Shown here piece by piece: positions 7,534-16,517 of a stretch of DNA of 25,396 bases. The notes beneath the pieces were generated by a model. The model made no database searches and was not told where the DNA came from. It saw nothing but the letters and a program-made list of their open reading frames with translations. The position numbers were made by a program, and so were the translations under genes. Origin of the DNA: Clostridia bacterium (GTDB lineage: Bacteria > Bacillota > Clostridia > UMGS1810); NCBI GenBank assembly GCA_045534195.1, contig JAZSJF010000139.1, forward strand, positions 1 through 25,396. The letters are read 5' to 3'. Within the stretch, counting starts at the first letter, position 1; each line of letters begins with the position of its first letter.

Positions 7534-8553
7534 ATGAAAAAATACTTATTGCCCCGGGAGGGTATGTTTTATAAAGCAAATCTTCATTGTCATACTACTG
7601 TTACTGACGGACACCTGAGCCCTGAAGAGATAAAAGAAGAATATATGAAAAAGGGCTACTCGGTTGTGGCATATACTGATCATAATGTTTTTCTTGATTA
7701 TCAGTATCTTACTGACAAAAACTTTGTTGCCTTGAACGGCGTGGAATCCAACACCCCCGCACCCGGCGAAAAACTGGGAAAAAAAGACAAAGTCTGTCAT
7801 TTCTGTGCCATAGCAAAGGACAAGACAAATCTGGTTTTGCCATGCTACCACAGAGAAAAGTACTTGCATGTGGGCAATGCAGAAAGTTACAGAAGTCAGA
7901 TCAAGTTTGATGAAACACAGCCTGATTACGAAAGATACCATTGCCTTGCCTGTGTCAATGATATGATGCAGAGGTTCAGATCTGCGGGGTTTTTTGTTAC
8001 ATACAATCATCCGGGATGGTCACTGGAAAGATATCCTGACTATATCGGATACCGTCATATGGATGCTATAGAAATGTATAACGGCGCCTGTATCCATTCG
8101 GGATATGCAGATTATAATTTCAAAGAATATGATGACTTTCTTATGAAGGGCAGAAGGATTTTTTGTGTAGGAGCAGATGACAATCACAACAGATGTGCCG
8201 TTGACAGTGCGGGATGTGATTCCTTTCATGCATTTACATGGATAAAGGCAGAGAGCCTTACATACGAAGGTATAATGGAGGCTTTGGAGAAGGGGAATTT
8301 CTATGCTTCTCAGGGACCTGAGATATACGAACTTTATTATGAAGATTCAAAGGTGTATGTAAAAACTTCTCCCTGTGAGAGAATCACAATGTCCACAGAT
8401 GCCAGAGGAAACCGCAATGTAAGAAATGATGGCAACGGTCTTACAGAAGGGGTATTTGAAGTAAGTGAAGATGATACATACATAAGAATAACCGTTATGG
8501 ATAAATACGGAAAGACTGCAAGCAGTAATGCTTACTTTTTGGATGAGTTTTAG
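7534..8553 (+). CDS. PHP-domain metal-dependent hydrolase
   Basis: NLHCHTT..DG, YTDHN, NHPGW and DDNH metal-binding motifs; substrate unknown. Confidence 0.85.
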   Translation: MKKYLLPREGMFYKANLHCHTTVTDGHLSPEEIKEEYMKKGYSVVAYTDHNVFLDYQYLTDKNFVALNGVESNTPAPGEKLGKKDKVCHFCAIAKDKTNLVLPCYHREKYLHVGNAESYRSQIKFDETQPDYERYHCLACVNDMMQRFRSAGFFVTYNHPGWSLERYPDYIGYRHMDAIEMYNGACIHSGYADYNFKEYDDFLMKGRRIFCVGADDNHNRCAVDSAGCDSFHAFTWIKAESLTYEGIMEALEKGNFYASQGPEIYELYYEDSKVYVKTSPCERITMSTDARGNRNVRNDGNGLTEGVFEVSEDDTYIRITVMDKYGKTASSNAYFLDEF

Positions 8554-8558
8554 GTGAT

Positions 8559-8587
8559 TTGTCCGGTTGATGGTTTTTGGATAGAAT
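8559..8587 (+). promoter_or_regulatory. Possible sigmaA promoter of the RpiR gene
   Basis: TTGTCC-17 bp-TAGAAT. Confidence 0.35.
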
Positions 8588-8627
8588 GCTATCATAAATC
8601 CGATACAGTAAAGAAAAGAGTGATTAT

Positions 8628-9494
8628 ATGCCAAAGAAACAGTGTTTGTCAGAAATAACAAAAAAGTATTCAATGCTTTCTCCTGTGGAGAAAAAAATTG
8701 CAGATTATATTCTCAAAAATCCTCAAAAAGTGTTGAATATGTCGGTGCGAGATATTTCAAAAGAGGCGGATGTGGTTAATTCTGCAGTGATACGGTTTTG
8801 TAAATCTGTAGGGTTTGACGGGTTTCCCGAAATGAAAATCGCCCTTGCTATGGAAAATGCAAAAAATGAAGAACTTGATTTCAGTCCTTTTGTATCAGAG
8901 GATGACAACGAAGAAGAGGTATTGAAAAAGATTTTTTCTGCCAATGTAAAAGCCCTTATGGACACTCTTGATGGTGTGGATAAAGATGCTTTCAAAAAGG
9001 CAGTTTCACTCATAAATACATCAGATAAAATATTTATATACGGTATTGGCACATCTGCTTTTCTTGCAAATGAACTGCAGTACAGACTTATGCTTCTGGG
9101 TTATAATGCCCATTCATTTACCGATGTGATTAAAATGTGTACATCCTCTGTTGCCATAAAAAAAGACGACCTTGTGATAGGTATTTCCTATAGCGGGAGA
9201 ACAACTTTTGTATGTGATTCGGTTATGTGTGCCAAAGAAAACGGCGCAAAAACAATGTGTATTACAAGTTTTGAAGAAAGTCCTCTCTATGATATGTGCC
9301 ATATAAGACTTGTAACCCGTTCTGATGAGATAAATTATCCTGTAGAGGCATTGAGTGCAAGAATGGCGCAGTTAAGTCTTATTGAGGCAATGACCGCGGC
9401 GGTATCGCTTAAGTCATATGAAGATGCCAATGAAAATATGATAAGATGTCATGATGCAGTCAATACTATGAGATATAAAGCAAAAAAGAAGTAA
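8628..9494 (+). CDS. MurR/RpiR family transcriptional regulator (HTH plus SIS)
   Basis: LSPVEKKIADYIL...V..SAVIRFCKSVGFDGFPEMK HTH; SIS domain IYGIGTSA, GISYSGRT. Confidence 0.92.
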   Translation: MPKKQCLSEITKKYSMLSPVEKKIADYILKNPQKVLNMSVRDISKEADVVNSAVIRFCKSVGFDGFPEMKIALAMENAKNEELDFSPFVSEDDNEEEVLKKIFSANVKALMDTLDGVDKDAFKKAVSLINTSDKIFIYGIGTSAFLANELQYRLMLLGYNAHSFTDVIKMCTSSVAIKKDDLVIGISYSGRTTFVCDSVMCAKENGAKTMCITSFEESPLYDMCHIRLVTRSDEINYPVEALSARMAQLSLIEAMTAAVSLKSYEDANENMIRCHDAVNTMRYKAKKK

Positions 9495-9498
9495 ATAG

Positions 9499-9549
9499 TA
9501 ATCAAATGTGCACCAAAAGGGTCTGTCCCTTTTGGTGCACATTTGATTA
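9499..9549. terminator. 23 bp perfect inverted repeat between convergent genes (probable bidirectional terminator) with GGGTCTGTCCC core
   Basis: TAATCAAATGTGCACCAAAAGGG-TCTGT-CCCTTTTGGTGCACATTTGATTA. Confidence 0.8.
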
Positions 9550-9586
9550 TTGATATGTCCCGCCGTTGCGGTTTCTGATTTATTTT

Positions 9587-9841
9587 TTATGCCGCATATT
9601 TATTGTTTTCATAACTTGATGCAAATTTTGCAACTACAACTTTTCTTTTTGGTGTGCAGATGAGCCTGTTTACAAATACTTTGGCGGTATAACCCACAGA
9701 TATAAGTGATATTCCCGAAAGCAAAAATGTGAATATTTCGGATATCGCAATATCAGTAGTGTCTGAACTTCCTGCCGCACCGAGAATCATAAATACGCCG
9801 AGAGCAATAATAACATTAAATACAAAATTGATTTTTTTCAT
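9587..9841 (-). CDS. Small hypothetical membrane protein (two hydrophobic segments)
   Basis: SD AAGGAG upstream on minus strand; occupies its own intergenic space; ends at the 9499 hairpin. Confidence 0.75.
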   Translation of the reverse strand: MKKINFVFNVIIALGVFMILGAAGSSDTTDIAISEIFTFLLSGISLISVGYTAKVFVNRLICTPKRKVVVAKFASSYENNKYAA

Positions 9842-9944
9842 AATTTTTATCTCCTTTTTTGTTAAGTTTTACCTTATGGCTTTATTTTATATGTTTCACT
9901 ATCCCATAAAAAGGACAATTGAAAGAAAAATTTGCCCAAAATCA

Positions 9945-9974
9945 TTGCATAACACCTCTTTTCTGTGCTATACT
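9945..9974 (+). promoter_or_regulatory. sigmaA promoter of mutS2 operon
   Basis: TTGCAT-18 bp-TATACT with TGn extension. Confidence 0.55.
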
Positions 9975-10015
9975 TTAAATAATCAGGCTAAAGATTTAAA
10001 AAAGGACGGATTTTT

Positions 10016-12385
10016 TTGATAAAAGAAAAAGTTTTAAAGACTCTTGAATTTGATAAAATACTTAATTTGTTGTCGGAAATGGCGGTAATGGAAACCACGA
10101 AGGAAGAAATTTCCCGTCTTATTCCCCTGACAAATATAAAAAAGATAACCGAAACTCTCAACGAAACAGATGAGGCGGCAATGCTTGTTACCAAAAAGGG
10201 ACATCTTCCCATTATGTGTTCCCGTGATGTAAGAAGCGCCCTCAAACACGCTTCTATGGGCGGTGTTCTTTCTATGGGAGAACTTCTCGGTGTTGCAAAA
10301 CTGCTGGATACTTCTGTCAGAATCAAAAAGTATCCCGACGATACAAAACTTGAATTTCTTGAAGAACATATTGACTCTCTTTATGATGACAACAAATTGA
10401 GGGACAAAATTACATCCTGTATCATAGACGAAGAAACTATGGTAGACGGTGCATCTTCCGAACTTAATGATATCAGGCGGAAGATTCGCGGTTCATCTAA
10501 CAAAATCAAGGACACTCTGCAGAAATTCACTACAAGCACCACCTACAGAAAGTACCTTCAGGAACAGATTGTCACAATGCGTGACGACAGATATGTTATC
10601 CCCGTAAAAGCGGAATACAAAGGGGAAATCCGCGGTATTGTCCACGATGTGTCACAGACCGGCTCTACAGTGTTTATTGAGCCTGACAGTGTGGTGGAAT
10701 TAAACAACGAGATAAAAAGACTTTCCATAGAAGAAAAAAAGGAAATCGAAAGAATCCTTATGGAACTTTCCTCAGATGTTTCTCTTGTATCGAAACTTCT
10801 TGAGATGACCTACGAAACAGTTATTCTTCTTGATATGATATTTGCAAGGGCAAATTTTGCACACAGATACGATTGCTTCAAGCCCCTTATAAATCAGGAC
10901 GGGCACATTGACCTGATCAAGGCAAGACATCCTCTCCTTGACAGACAGAAAGCAGTCCCCATAGATGTGCATCTGGGAGATGAATATGATACTCTCATCA
11001 TCACGGGCCCGAATACCGGCGGAAAAACCGTTGCACTAAAGACAGTGGGACTTCTTACCCTTATGGCACAGACGGGATTATTTATTCCCGCAAAAGAAGG
11101 TTCAAAAATAAGCGTGTTTGAAAATGTATTTGCAGATATCGGTGACGAACAGAGTATCGAGCAGAGTTTGTCCACATTTTCTGCCCATATGGTAAATATT
11201 GTGGACATACTTGACAAGGTGGACGGCTCATCCTTGTGCCTTTTTGATGAACTTGGTGCAGGTACTGATCCTGTTGAGGGTGCGGCGCTTGCCATAAGTA
11301 TACTTGAATTTGTCCGTACAATGGGGGCAAAGTGTATGGCTACCACTCATTATTCAGAACTCAAACTCTATGCCCTTTCCACTGACGGAGTGGAAAACGG
11401 CTCCTGTGAATTTGATATAAAGACGCTTATGCCTACCTACAAACTTCTCATAGGTATTCCGGGCAAGAGTAATGCATTTGCCATTTCAAAAAGACTTGGT
11501 CTTTCTGACCACATAATAAATAGTGCAAAAAATCATATAAATACAGAAAACATCAAGTTTGAAGACATCCTCTCCGACCTTGAAAAAAACAGACAGAAGG
11601 CAGAGGAAGAAAAGAAGAGAGCCGAAGCATACAAAAAAGAAGCGGACAGACTCCGCCGTGAAATGCAGGAAAAGAACAAGGCTCTCAGTGAAAAAACAGA
11701 AAAAATCGTAGAAAAAGCCCGTAAAGAAGCCAAGGACATTATAGACAAGGCGAAGGACGAGGCAGATGAAGCACTGAGTGAAATCAGAAAAGCACAAAAA
11801 ATGAAGGACGAAAGAGAGGCAAACCGTGCCGCAGAAAGGGCAAGGCAGGATCTTCTTAAAAAATCCAAAGAACAGGCTTCGGGAATCGGGAACAGTGTCT
11901 TTGAAAAAAAGACATCCTCAAAACCGCCAAAGACTCTGAAAGCGGGAGATACAGTTCAGATTGTAAACTTAAATCAGACCGGGACAGTTATAAACCCTCC
12001 CGATTCAAAAGGTGATGTACAGATACGGGTAGGTATTATGAAGATAAAGGCGCACATATCAAACCTTAAACTCATAAAGCCACCTGAAGAGAAAAAGCCT
12101 GAAAGAAAAGTGTATTCAGAAAGACTCAACAAAACTATGTCCGCCTGTACAGAAGTGGATATCAGAGGACAGAATGTGGAAGATGCCATATATATACTTG
12201 ATAAGTTTATAGACGACGCTATGCTATGTTCACTTCATCAGATTCGTATTATTCACGGCAAAGGAACGGGAGTCTTAAGAAACGGTATACATCAGTACCT
12301 CAAAAAACATCCCGGTATCCGCACATATCACCTTGCTGCATTCGGCGAGGGAGATTCTGGTGTTACCATTGCCGAACTGAAATGA
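10016..12385 (+). CDS. mutS2: Endonuclease MutS2 (MutS ATPase, coiled coil, KOW-like, Smr)
   Basis: TLEFDKI N-terminus, GPNTGGKT Walker A, DELGAGTDPVEGAALA, TTHYSELK, C-terminal Smr IIHGKGTGVLR...EGDSGVT. TTG start. Confidence 0.95.
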   Translation: MIKEKVLKTLEFDKILNLLSEMAVMETTKEEISRLIPLTNIKKITETLNETDEAAMLVTKKGHLPIMCSRDVRSALKHASMGGVLSMGELLGVAKLLDTSVRIKKYPDDTKLEFLEEHIDSLYDDNKLRDKITSCIIDEETMVDGASSELNDIRRKIRGSSNKIKDTLQKFTTSTTYRKYLQEQIVTMRDDRYVIPVKAEYKGEIRGIVHDVSQTGSTVFIEPDSVVELNNEIKRLSIEEKKEIERILMELSSDVSLVSKLLEMTYETVILLDMIFARANFAHRYDCFKPLINQDGHIDLIKARHPLLDRQKAVPIDVHLGDEYDTLIITGPNTGGKTVALKTVGLLTLMAQTGLFIPAKEGSKISVFENVFADIGDEQSIEQSLSTFSAHMVNIVDILDKVDGSSLCLFDELGAGTDPVEGAALAISILEFVRTMGAKCMATTHYSELKLYALSTDGVENGSCEFDIKTLMPTYKLLIGIPGKSNAFAISKRLGLSDHIINSAKNHINTENIKFEDILSDLEKNRQKAEEEKKRAEAYKKEADRLRREMQEKNKALSEKTEKIVEKARKEAKDIIDKAKDEADEALSEIRKAQKMKDEREANRAAERARQDLLKKSKEQASGIGNSVFEKKTSSKPPKTLKAGDTVQIVNLNQTGTVINPPDSKGDVQIRVGIMKIKAHISNLKLIKPPEEKKPERKVYSERLNKTMSACTEVDIRGQNVEDAIYILDKFIDDAMLCSLHQIRIIHGKGTGVLRNGIHQYLKKHPGIRTYHLAAFGEGDSGVTIAELK

Positions 12386-12400
12386 TAAAGGAGGATTTTT

Positions 12401-13405
12401 ATGCCAAAGGAATCAAATCAGAAACTCAAGATGCTTTATCTTTTGAAAATCCTTTCAGAAAACACAGACGAAACCCATCATCTTGGTATGAATGAGATTA
12501 TAGACAAACTTGCCTTAAACGGTATCAAAGCAGAACGAAAGGCAATCTACTCAGATATAGAAGAACTTAAGTTCTTCGGTGTGGACATTATCTGTGAAAA
12601 AAACAAAACCTTCGGTTACTATATAGGAAGCCGTGATTTTGAACTGCCTGAACTTAAACTTCTTGTTGATAGTGTGCAGTGTTCCAAATTCATCACAGAA
12701 AAAAAGAGTATGGAACTTATTCACAAACTTGAATCTCTTACCTCCAGACACAATGCCAACAAACTGCAAAGACAGGTGTATATTGCAGACAGAGTGAAGA
12801 ATATCAGTGAAATCATATACTACAATGTGGACAGTCTTCACGAGGCGATTTACAACGGGTTCAAAATTGCCTTCAAGTATTATGAATATTCTCCCGACAA
12901 AGAAAGGGTATTGAGAAACAACGGCGAGGATTATGTGGTGTCACCTTATTCACTTACATATTCCGATGACAATTACTATCTTATCTGTCATTATCCTAAG
13001 CACGAAGGCGGGCTTTCCCACTTCAGAGTAGACAAGATGGCAGATATAAGGATACTCAATGACAAGTGTGACGACATCCGCTCTGTTACAGATGAAGATT
13101 TCAATCTGGGCGAATATTCCAAAAAAATATTTTCAATGTATGCAGGTAAACTTCAGACGGTGCAGATACTCTGCCACAATTCTGTGATAAATCCTGTTAT
13201 TGACCGTTTTGGCGAAGGTGTAATGGTAAGAAAAGAGGGTGAAGAACACTTCATCGTCACTGCAAAGATATTTGCATCACCTACATTTTTTGCCTGGGTA
13301 TTTACATTCGGAGAAAAGATGAAAATAATATCTCCAACCGATACAGTAGACAAATTCAAAGAAATGGTAAAAGGAGTGTACAACAATTATGAAAAAAACT
13401 TATAA
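12401..13405 (+). CDS. WYL-domain transcriptional regulator (wHTH-WYL-WCX)
   Basis: N-terminal wHTH (LYLLKIL...ERKAIYSDIEEL), WYL region VSPYSL...NYYLIC...FRVDKM, WCX-like C-terminus (VIDRFG, F.AWVF.FG...IISP). Confidence 0.88.
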   Translation: MPKESNQKLKMLYLLKILSENTDETHHLGMNEIIDKLALNGIKAERKAIYSDIEELKFFGVDIICEKNKTFGYYIGSRDFELPELKLLVDSVQCSKFITEKKSMELIHKLESLTSRHNANKLQRQVYIADRVKNISEIIYYNVDSLHEAIYNGFKIAFKYYEYSPDKERVLRNNGEDYVVSPYSLTYSDDNYYLICHYPKHEGGLSHFRVDKMADIRILNDKCDDIRSVTDEDFNLGEYSKKIFSMYAGKLQTVQILCHNSVINPVIDRFGEGVMVRKEGEEHFIVTAKIFASPTFFAWVFTFGEKMKIISPTDTVDKFKEMVKGVYNNYEKNL

Positions 13406-14057
13406 GGCACTTGTATTTGACTTTGACGGCACTCTTGCCGATACCATAACAACAATAACCTATTATTGCAACGACGCTCTTCGGAAATTCGGATTTCCCG
13501 AGATAGACAAAGAAAGATACAAATACCTTGTAGGTAACGGGTACAAAAATCTTGTGACGGGTATGCTCAATGAATTCGATGCTTACACTGATGAACTTTT
13601 TGAGAAGATTGGACAGTACTATTATGACAAATACGAGGAGGATCCCCTTTATCTTACAGGTCTTTATGACGGCATAGAAGAACTTATCGGATATCTTAAA
13701 GAAAACGGATACAGGATTGCAGTTCTTTCAAACAAGCCCGTAGGTGCTGTAGTTGGCGGACTGAATGCGTTTTTCCCCGAGGGAACATTTGATATTATAA
13801 GGGGAGATGACGGAACGATTGATCTTAAACCCGCTCCCGGCGGACTGAACAAAGTAATTGATGATCTCGGATTTACAAAAGAAGAAATCATCTATGTGGG
13901 CGACACTTCCACAGATATGAAAACGGGAAAAGCCGCCGATGTATTCACCGTTGGATGCGAATGGGGATTCCGTACATATGACGAACTTAAGGATAACGGC
14001 GCAGATTTCATAGCAAAAACACCGTCGGATATTATAGATTTTTTAAAAACCAACTAA
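13389..14057 (+). CDS. HAD-family phosphatase (Gph-like)
   Basis: FDFDGTLADT, LSNK, KPAP, YVGDTSTDM motifs; overlaps the WYL gene by 17 bp. Confidence 0.9.
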   Translation: MKKTYKALVFDFDGTLADTITTITYYCNDALRKFGFPEIDKERYKYLVGNGYKNLVTGMLNEFDAYTDELFEKIGQYYYDKYEEDPLYLTGLYDGIEELIGYLKENGYRIAVLSNKPVGAVVGGLNAFFPEGTFDIIRGDDGTIDLKPAPGGLNKVIDDLGFTKEEIIYVGDTSTDMKTGKAADVFTVGCEWGFRTYDELKDNGADFIAKTPSDIIDFLKTN

Positions 14058-14097
14058 AAATAAAAAGGAAAAATATATCTTTTGTTGAATAAATAAC

Positions 14098-14126
14098 TTG
14101 ATAAATTTCAAATCAGAGTGTATAAT
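14098..14126 (+). promoter_or_regulatory. sigmaA promoter of pyrH-frr
   Basis: TTGATA-17 bp-TATAAT. Confidence 0.65.
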
Positions 14127-14150
14127 CTTAACAGAGAGGATTGATGATAA

Positions 14151-14855
14151 ATGAAACCAAAGTACAAAAGAGTTCTTTTGAAATTAAGCGGAGAGGCACT
14201 TGCAGGTCCTAAAGGCTTCGGTCTTGATACGGAAACCATATCAGAAATTTCCAAAACTATCAAGGAATGTGTAGATATGGGTGTGGAAATCTGTATCGTA
14301 GTGGGCGGCGGCAATTTCTGGAGAGGCAGAACAGGAGAATCTATGGACAGAACAAGAGCAGACCATATGGGTATGCTTGCAACTGTTATCAACTCTCTTG
14401 CTATGCAGGATGCTCTGGAAAATGTGGGTATTCCTACAAGAGTGCAGACTGCTATAGAAATGAAACAGATTGCAGAACCGTACATAAGAGGTAAGGCAGA
14501 AAGACATCTGGAAAAAGGCAGAGTGGTAATATTCGGTTGCGGAACGGGAAATCCGTTTTTCTCCACAGATACTGCAGCAGCATTAAGAGCAGTGGAAACA
14601 GGTTGCGAAGTAATCCTTCTTGCAAAGAAGGTAGACGCTGTATACGACAGTGATCCTAACATCAACCCGAGTGCAAAGAAATATGACAAACTCAAATTTA
14701 TCGATGTGCTTAATCAGGGCCTTGGTGTAATGGATTCCACAGCATCCACACTTTGTATGGACAACAATATTCCTATCAGAGTATTTGGTCTTGATAATCC
14801 TGACAATATCAAGAAAGTGCTTCTTGGCGAAGAAATCGGCACATTGGTATATTAA
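14151..14855 (+). CDS. pyrH: UMP kinase
   Basis: [47 protein letters not shown]. Confidence 0.97.
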   Translation: MKPKYKRVLLKLSGEALAGPKGFGLDTETISEISKTIKECVDMGVEICIVVGGGNFWRGRTGESMDRTRADHMGMLATVINSLAMQDALENVGIPTRVQTAIEMKQIAEPYIRGKAERHLEKGRVVIFGCGTGNPFFSTDTAAALRAVETGCEVILLAKKVDAVYDSDPNINPSAKKYDKLKFIDVLNQGLGVMDSTASTLCMDNNIPIRVFGLDNPDNIKKVLLGEEIGTLVY

Positions 14856-14878
14856 TATAATATAAAGGAGATATAATT

Positions 14879-15433
14879 ATGGCTACAAATTTAGAACAGT
14901 TTGAAACCAGAATGGGAAAAGCAATACAGAATCTTGAAAGTGAATATAATTCTATCAGAGCAGGCAGAGCAAATGCGGCAGTTCTTGACAAAATCACTGT
15001 AGAATACTATGGTGTGGCATCACCTCTTGCAACAATCGCAAGTGTAAGTGTACCTGATGCAAGAACACTTCTTATCCAGCCCTGGGATGCTTCTATTCTT
15101 TCAGAAATAGAGAAATCTATCCAGAAATCAGAACTTGGTATCAATCCAACCAATGACGGTAAGGCAGTAAGACTCAACTTCCCGCCTCTTACAGAAGAAA
15201 GAAGAAAGGAAATCGTAAAAGATGTTTCCAAAAAGGCAGAAGCAGCAAGAGTTGCAGTGAGAAATATCCGTCGTGATGCTATGGATTATTTCAAAAATCA
15301 GAAGAAGGCAAATGAAATTACAGAAGATGATCTGAAGGCAGCAGAAAAGGATACACAGACACTTACAGATAAGTATATCAAGATGATAGACGATGTATGT
15401 AGTAAGAAGGAAAAAGAAATCCTTTCCGTGTGA
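14879..15433 (+). CDS. frr: Ribosome recycling factor
   Basis: IRAGRAN, GINPTNDG..VRLNFPPLTEERRKEIVK, RVAVRNIRRDA, KEKEILSV. Confidence 0.97.
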   Translation: MATNLEQFETRMGKAIQNLESEYNSIRAGRANAAVLDKITVEYYGVASPLATIASVSVPDARTLLIQPWDASILSEIEKSIQKSELGINPTNDGKAVRLNFPPLTEERRKEIVKDVSKKAEAARVAVRNIRRDAMDYFKNQKKANEITEDDLKAAEKDTQTLTDKYIKMIDDVCSKKEKEILSV

Positions 15434-15726
15434 GGAATGTAAAAAAAGTCCATACCGTAAAAAAGGCAAGGACAGTATATAAGTGTATCATAAAAGATAA
15501 ATAAAATAATAAAAATATTAAGGTGGAAAACATTGCCATAAAGCGCAATGTTTTCTTCTTTTTTTGTGCCTTTTTTACTACGAACAAGCCTCACCTCTCG
15601 GCGTATCACATACGCCTTCGGGAGGACCTCACTCCGTTCGGTTTCGTGTTGTCCGTTCTGAACATTTTTTCCTATTCCTCAGAAATTCGCGATGCACAAG
15701 CACAGCGTCGGTTCAGTTTGTCCAAT
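15433..15726. repeat. Dispersed structured intergenic element, copy 2 (long form)
   Basis: Same ordered blocks as 108-300, with about 90 extra nt between two TCGG tetramers (about 15622-15707). Confidence 0.8.
15526..15564 (+). terminator. Intrinsic terminator-like hairpin inside repeat copy 2, downstream of frr
   Basis: GAAAACATTGC...GCAATGTTTTC 11 bp perfect stem followed by TTCTTTTTTT. Confidence 0.7.
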
Positions 15727-15824
15727 CCAAGGCGTTTTTTCTCCCTCTTACAGTTCTTCCAAATGAACTAAACTGCAGACATAAAAGTCTTCCCTGCTAA
15801 AATTATTAATCGTGAAATTTTGTG

Positions 15825-15853
15825 TTGCTAAAAAATGTTTTTTGGTGTATAAT
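15825..15853 (+). promoter_or_regulatory. sigmaA promoter of the candidate sRNA
   Basis: TTGCTA-17 bp-TATAAT. Confidence 0.6.
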
Positions 15854-15858
15854 AAATC

Positions 15859-16013
15859 TGCGCACAACAATTATATATCGAATACAAACGACAATTCAGG
15901 TGCATTGTAAAAAATGTACGTACTCTTACAACGGAATTGTCTTATTTGTATTCTTTTGTTGTGCGCAAAAAGAGTCGTATGTTTTTAGCGTCGGTTCTTC
16001 CGGCGCTTTTTTT
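15859..16013 (+). ncRNA. Candidate small RNA or leader: 109 nt rod plus intrinsic terminator, family not recognised
   Basis: Nested perfect stems 15859-70/15956-67 (12 bp), 15880-88/15945-53 (9 bp), 15890-97/15934-41 (8 bp), 15905-10/15926-31 (6 bp); begins 5 nt after a -10 box; terminator AGCGTCGG-TTCTT-CCGGCGCT-T run at 15987-16013. Confidence 0.6.
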
Positions 16014-16029
16014 AATGGAGGGGTTAACT

Positions 16030-16311
16030 ATGTATACACTCGGCGAAGATATGGTTTACTATATTTATTCCAGACAAAAAAAGACGATTGAACTGGACAA
16101 ATGGCGGGATCGGGAATATGCCAAATATTATACTCGTCTGAATGAATGTATAGAAAATCTGAGAAAAGAACTTACTCCCCCGCAGGAGGAACTTATGGAG
16201 AATCTCCTTTCTGCAATGCGCACATTCAACGATTACAATGAGTTCAGAAGATTCGGCAACGGTATGAGATGTATGCATGATTTCAGTGAAAATCTTAAAG
16301 ATAACTATTAA
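16030..16311 (+). CDS. Small helical hypothetical protein (93 aa), loosely resembling DUF6809-type proteins
   Basis: SD GGAGGGG 16017-16023 then ATG 16030, in frame with track ORF 15937; amphipathic helices; F..G...M ending. Family call is tentative. Confidence 0.6.
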   Translation: MYTLGEDMVYYIYSRQKKTIELDKWRDREYAKYYTRLNECIENLRKELTPPQEELMENLLSAMRTFNDYNEFRRFGNGMRCMHDFSENLKDNY

Positions 16312-16320
16312 TAATTTCAA

Positions 16321-16362
16321 AAAACTTGTCAGAATGGGACTGTTCCAAAAATGACAAGTTTT
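16321..16362 (+). terminator. Hairpin after the orphan ORF with GGGACTGTTCC core
   Basis: AAAACTTGTCA...TGACAAGTTTT 11 bp perfect stem followed by ATTTTT. Confidence 0.6.
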
Positions 16363-16412
16363 ATTTTTGCCGTATAACAAAATATGAATGCCGTTATTTT
16401 TACATCTCTATC

Positions 16413-16441
16413 TTGCAGTTCTTTATATTTTATTGTATAAT
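16413..16441 (+). promoter_or_regulatory. sigmaA promoter of uppS operon
   Basis: TTGCAG-17 bp-TATAAT. Confidence 0.6.
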
Positions 16442-16517
16442 ATATTTAATAATGTGCATTTTTTGTTTTGTGCATCAGATAAAGTTACAACTCACAGAAT
16501 CTTTTTGGAGGACGGAT

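Noticed and set aside
9842-10015. LexA (SOS) box
   Set aside because: No GAAC-N4-GTTC found on either strand by eye.
12401-13405. WYL gene as a marker of a defence island
   Set aside because: Neighbours are housekeeping genes; no restriction, BREX, CBASS, Cas or toxin genes are visible.
14058-14150. Absence of rpsB-tsf before pyrH and of ispG after rseP
   Set aside because: Ordinary gene-order variation; pyrH has its own promoter and nothing here shows the genes are missing from the genome.
15517-15564. T-box leader (TTAAGGTGGAA before a terminator)
   Set aside because: Lacks the ACC-GCG continuation and any Stem I features; follows frr rather than preceding an amino-acid gene; copy 1 reads AAGGTTGAA.
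15298-15800. Several short ORFs over repeat copy 2 (15298-15609, 15378-15587, 15523-15771, 15564-15800)
   Set aside because: Mutually overlapping, low-complexity translations of the repeat; no transposase motif.
15859-15967. 6S RNA, SRP RNA or tmRNA
   Set aside because: Rod is only 109 nt with an asymmetric 9/2 nt bulge rather than a large two-sided bubble; no SRP GGAA-loop motif; no tRNA-like ends.
15937-16029. Upstream extension of the orphan ORF, and ORF 15822-16091
   Set aside because: They run through the RNA rod and terminator; the SD supports ATG 16030.
16326-16517. 64 aa N-terminal extension of uppS in the ORF track
   Set aside because: Spans a hairpin and a promoter; good SD and homology start at ATG 16518.
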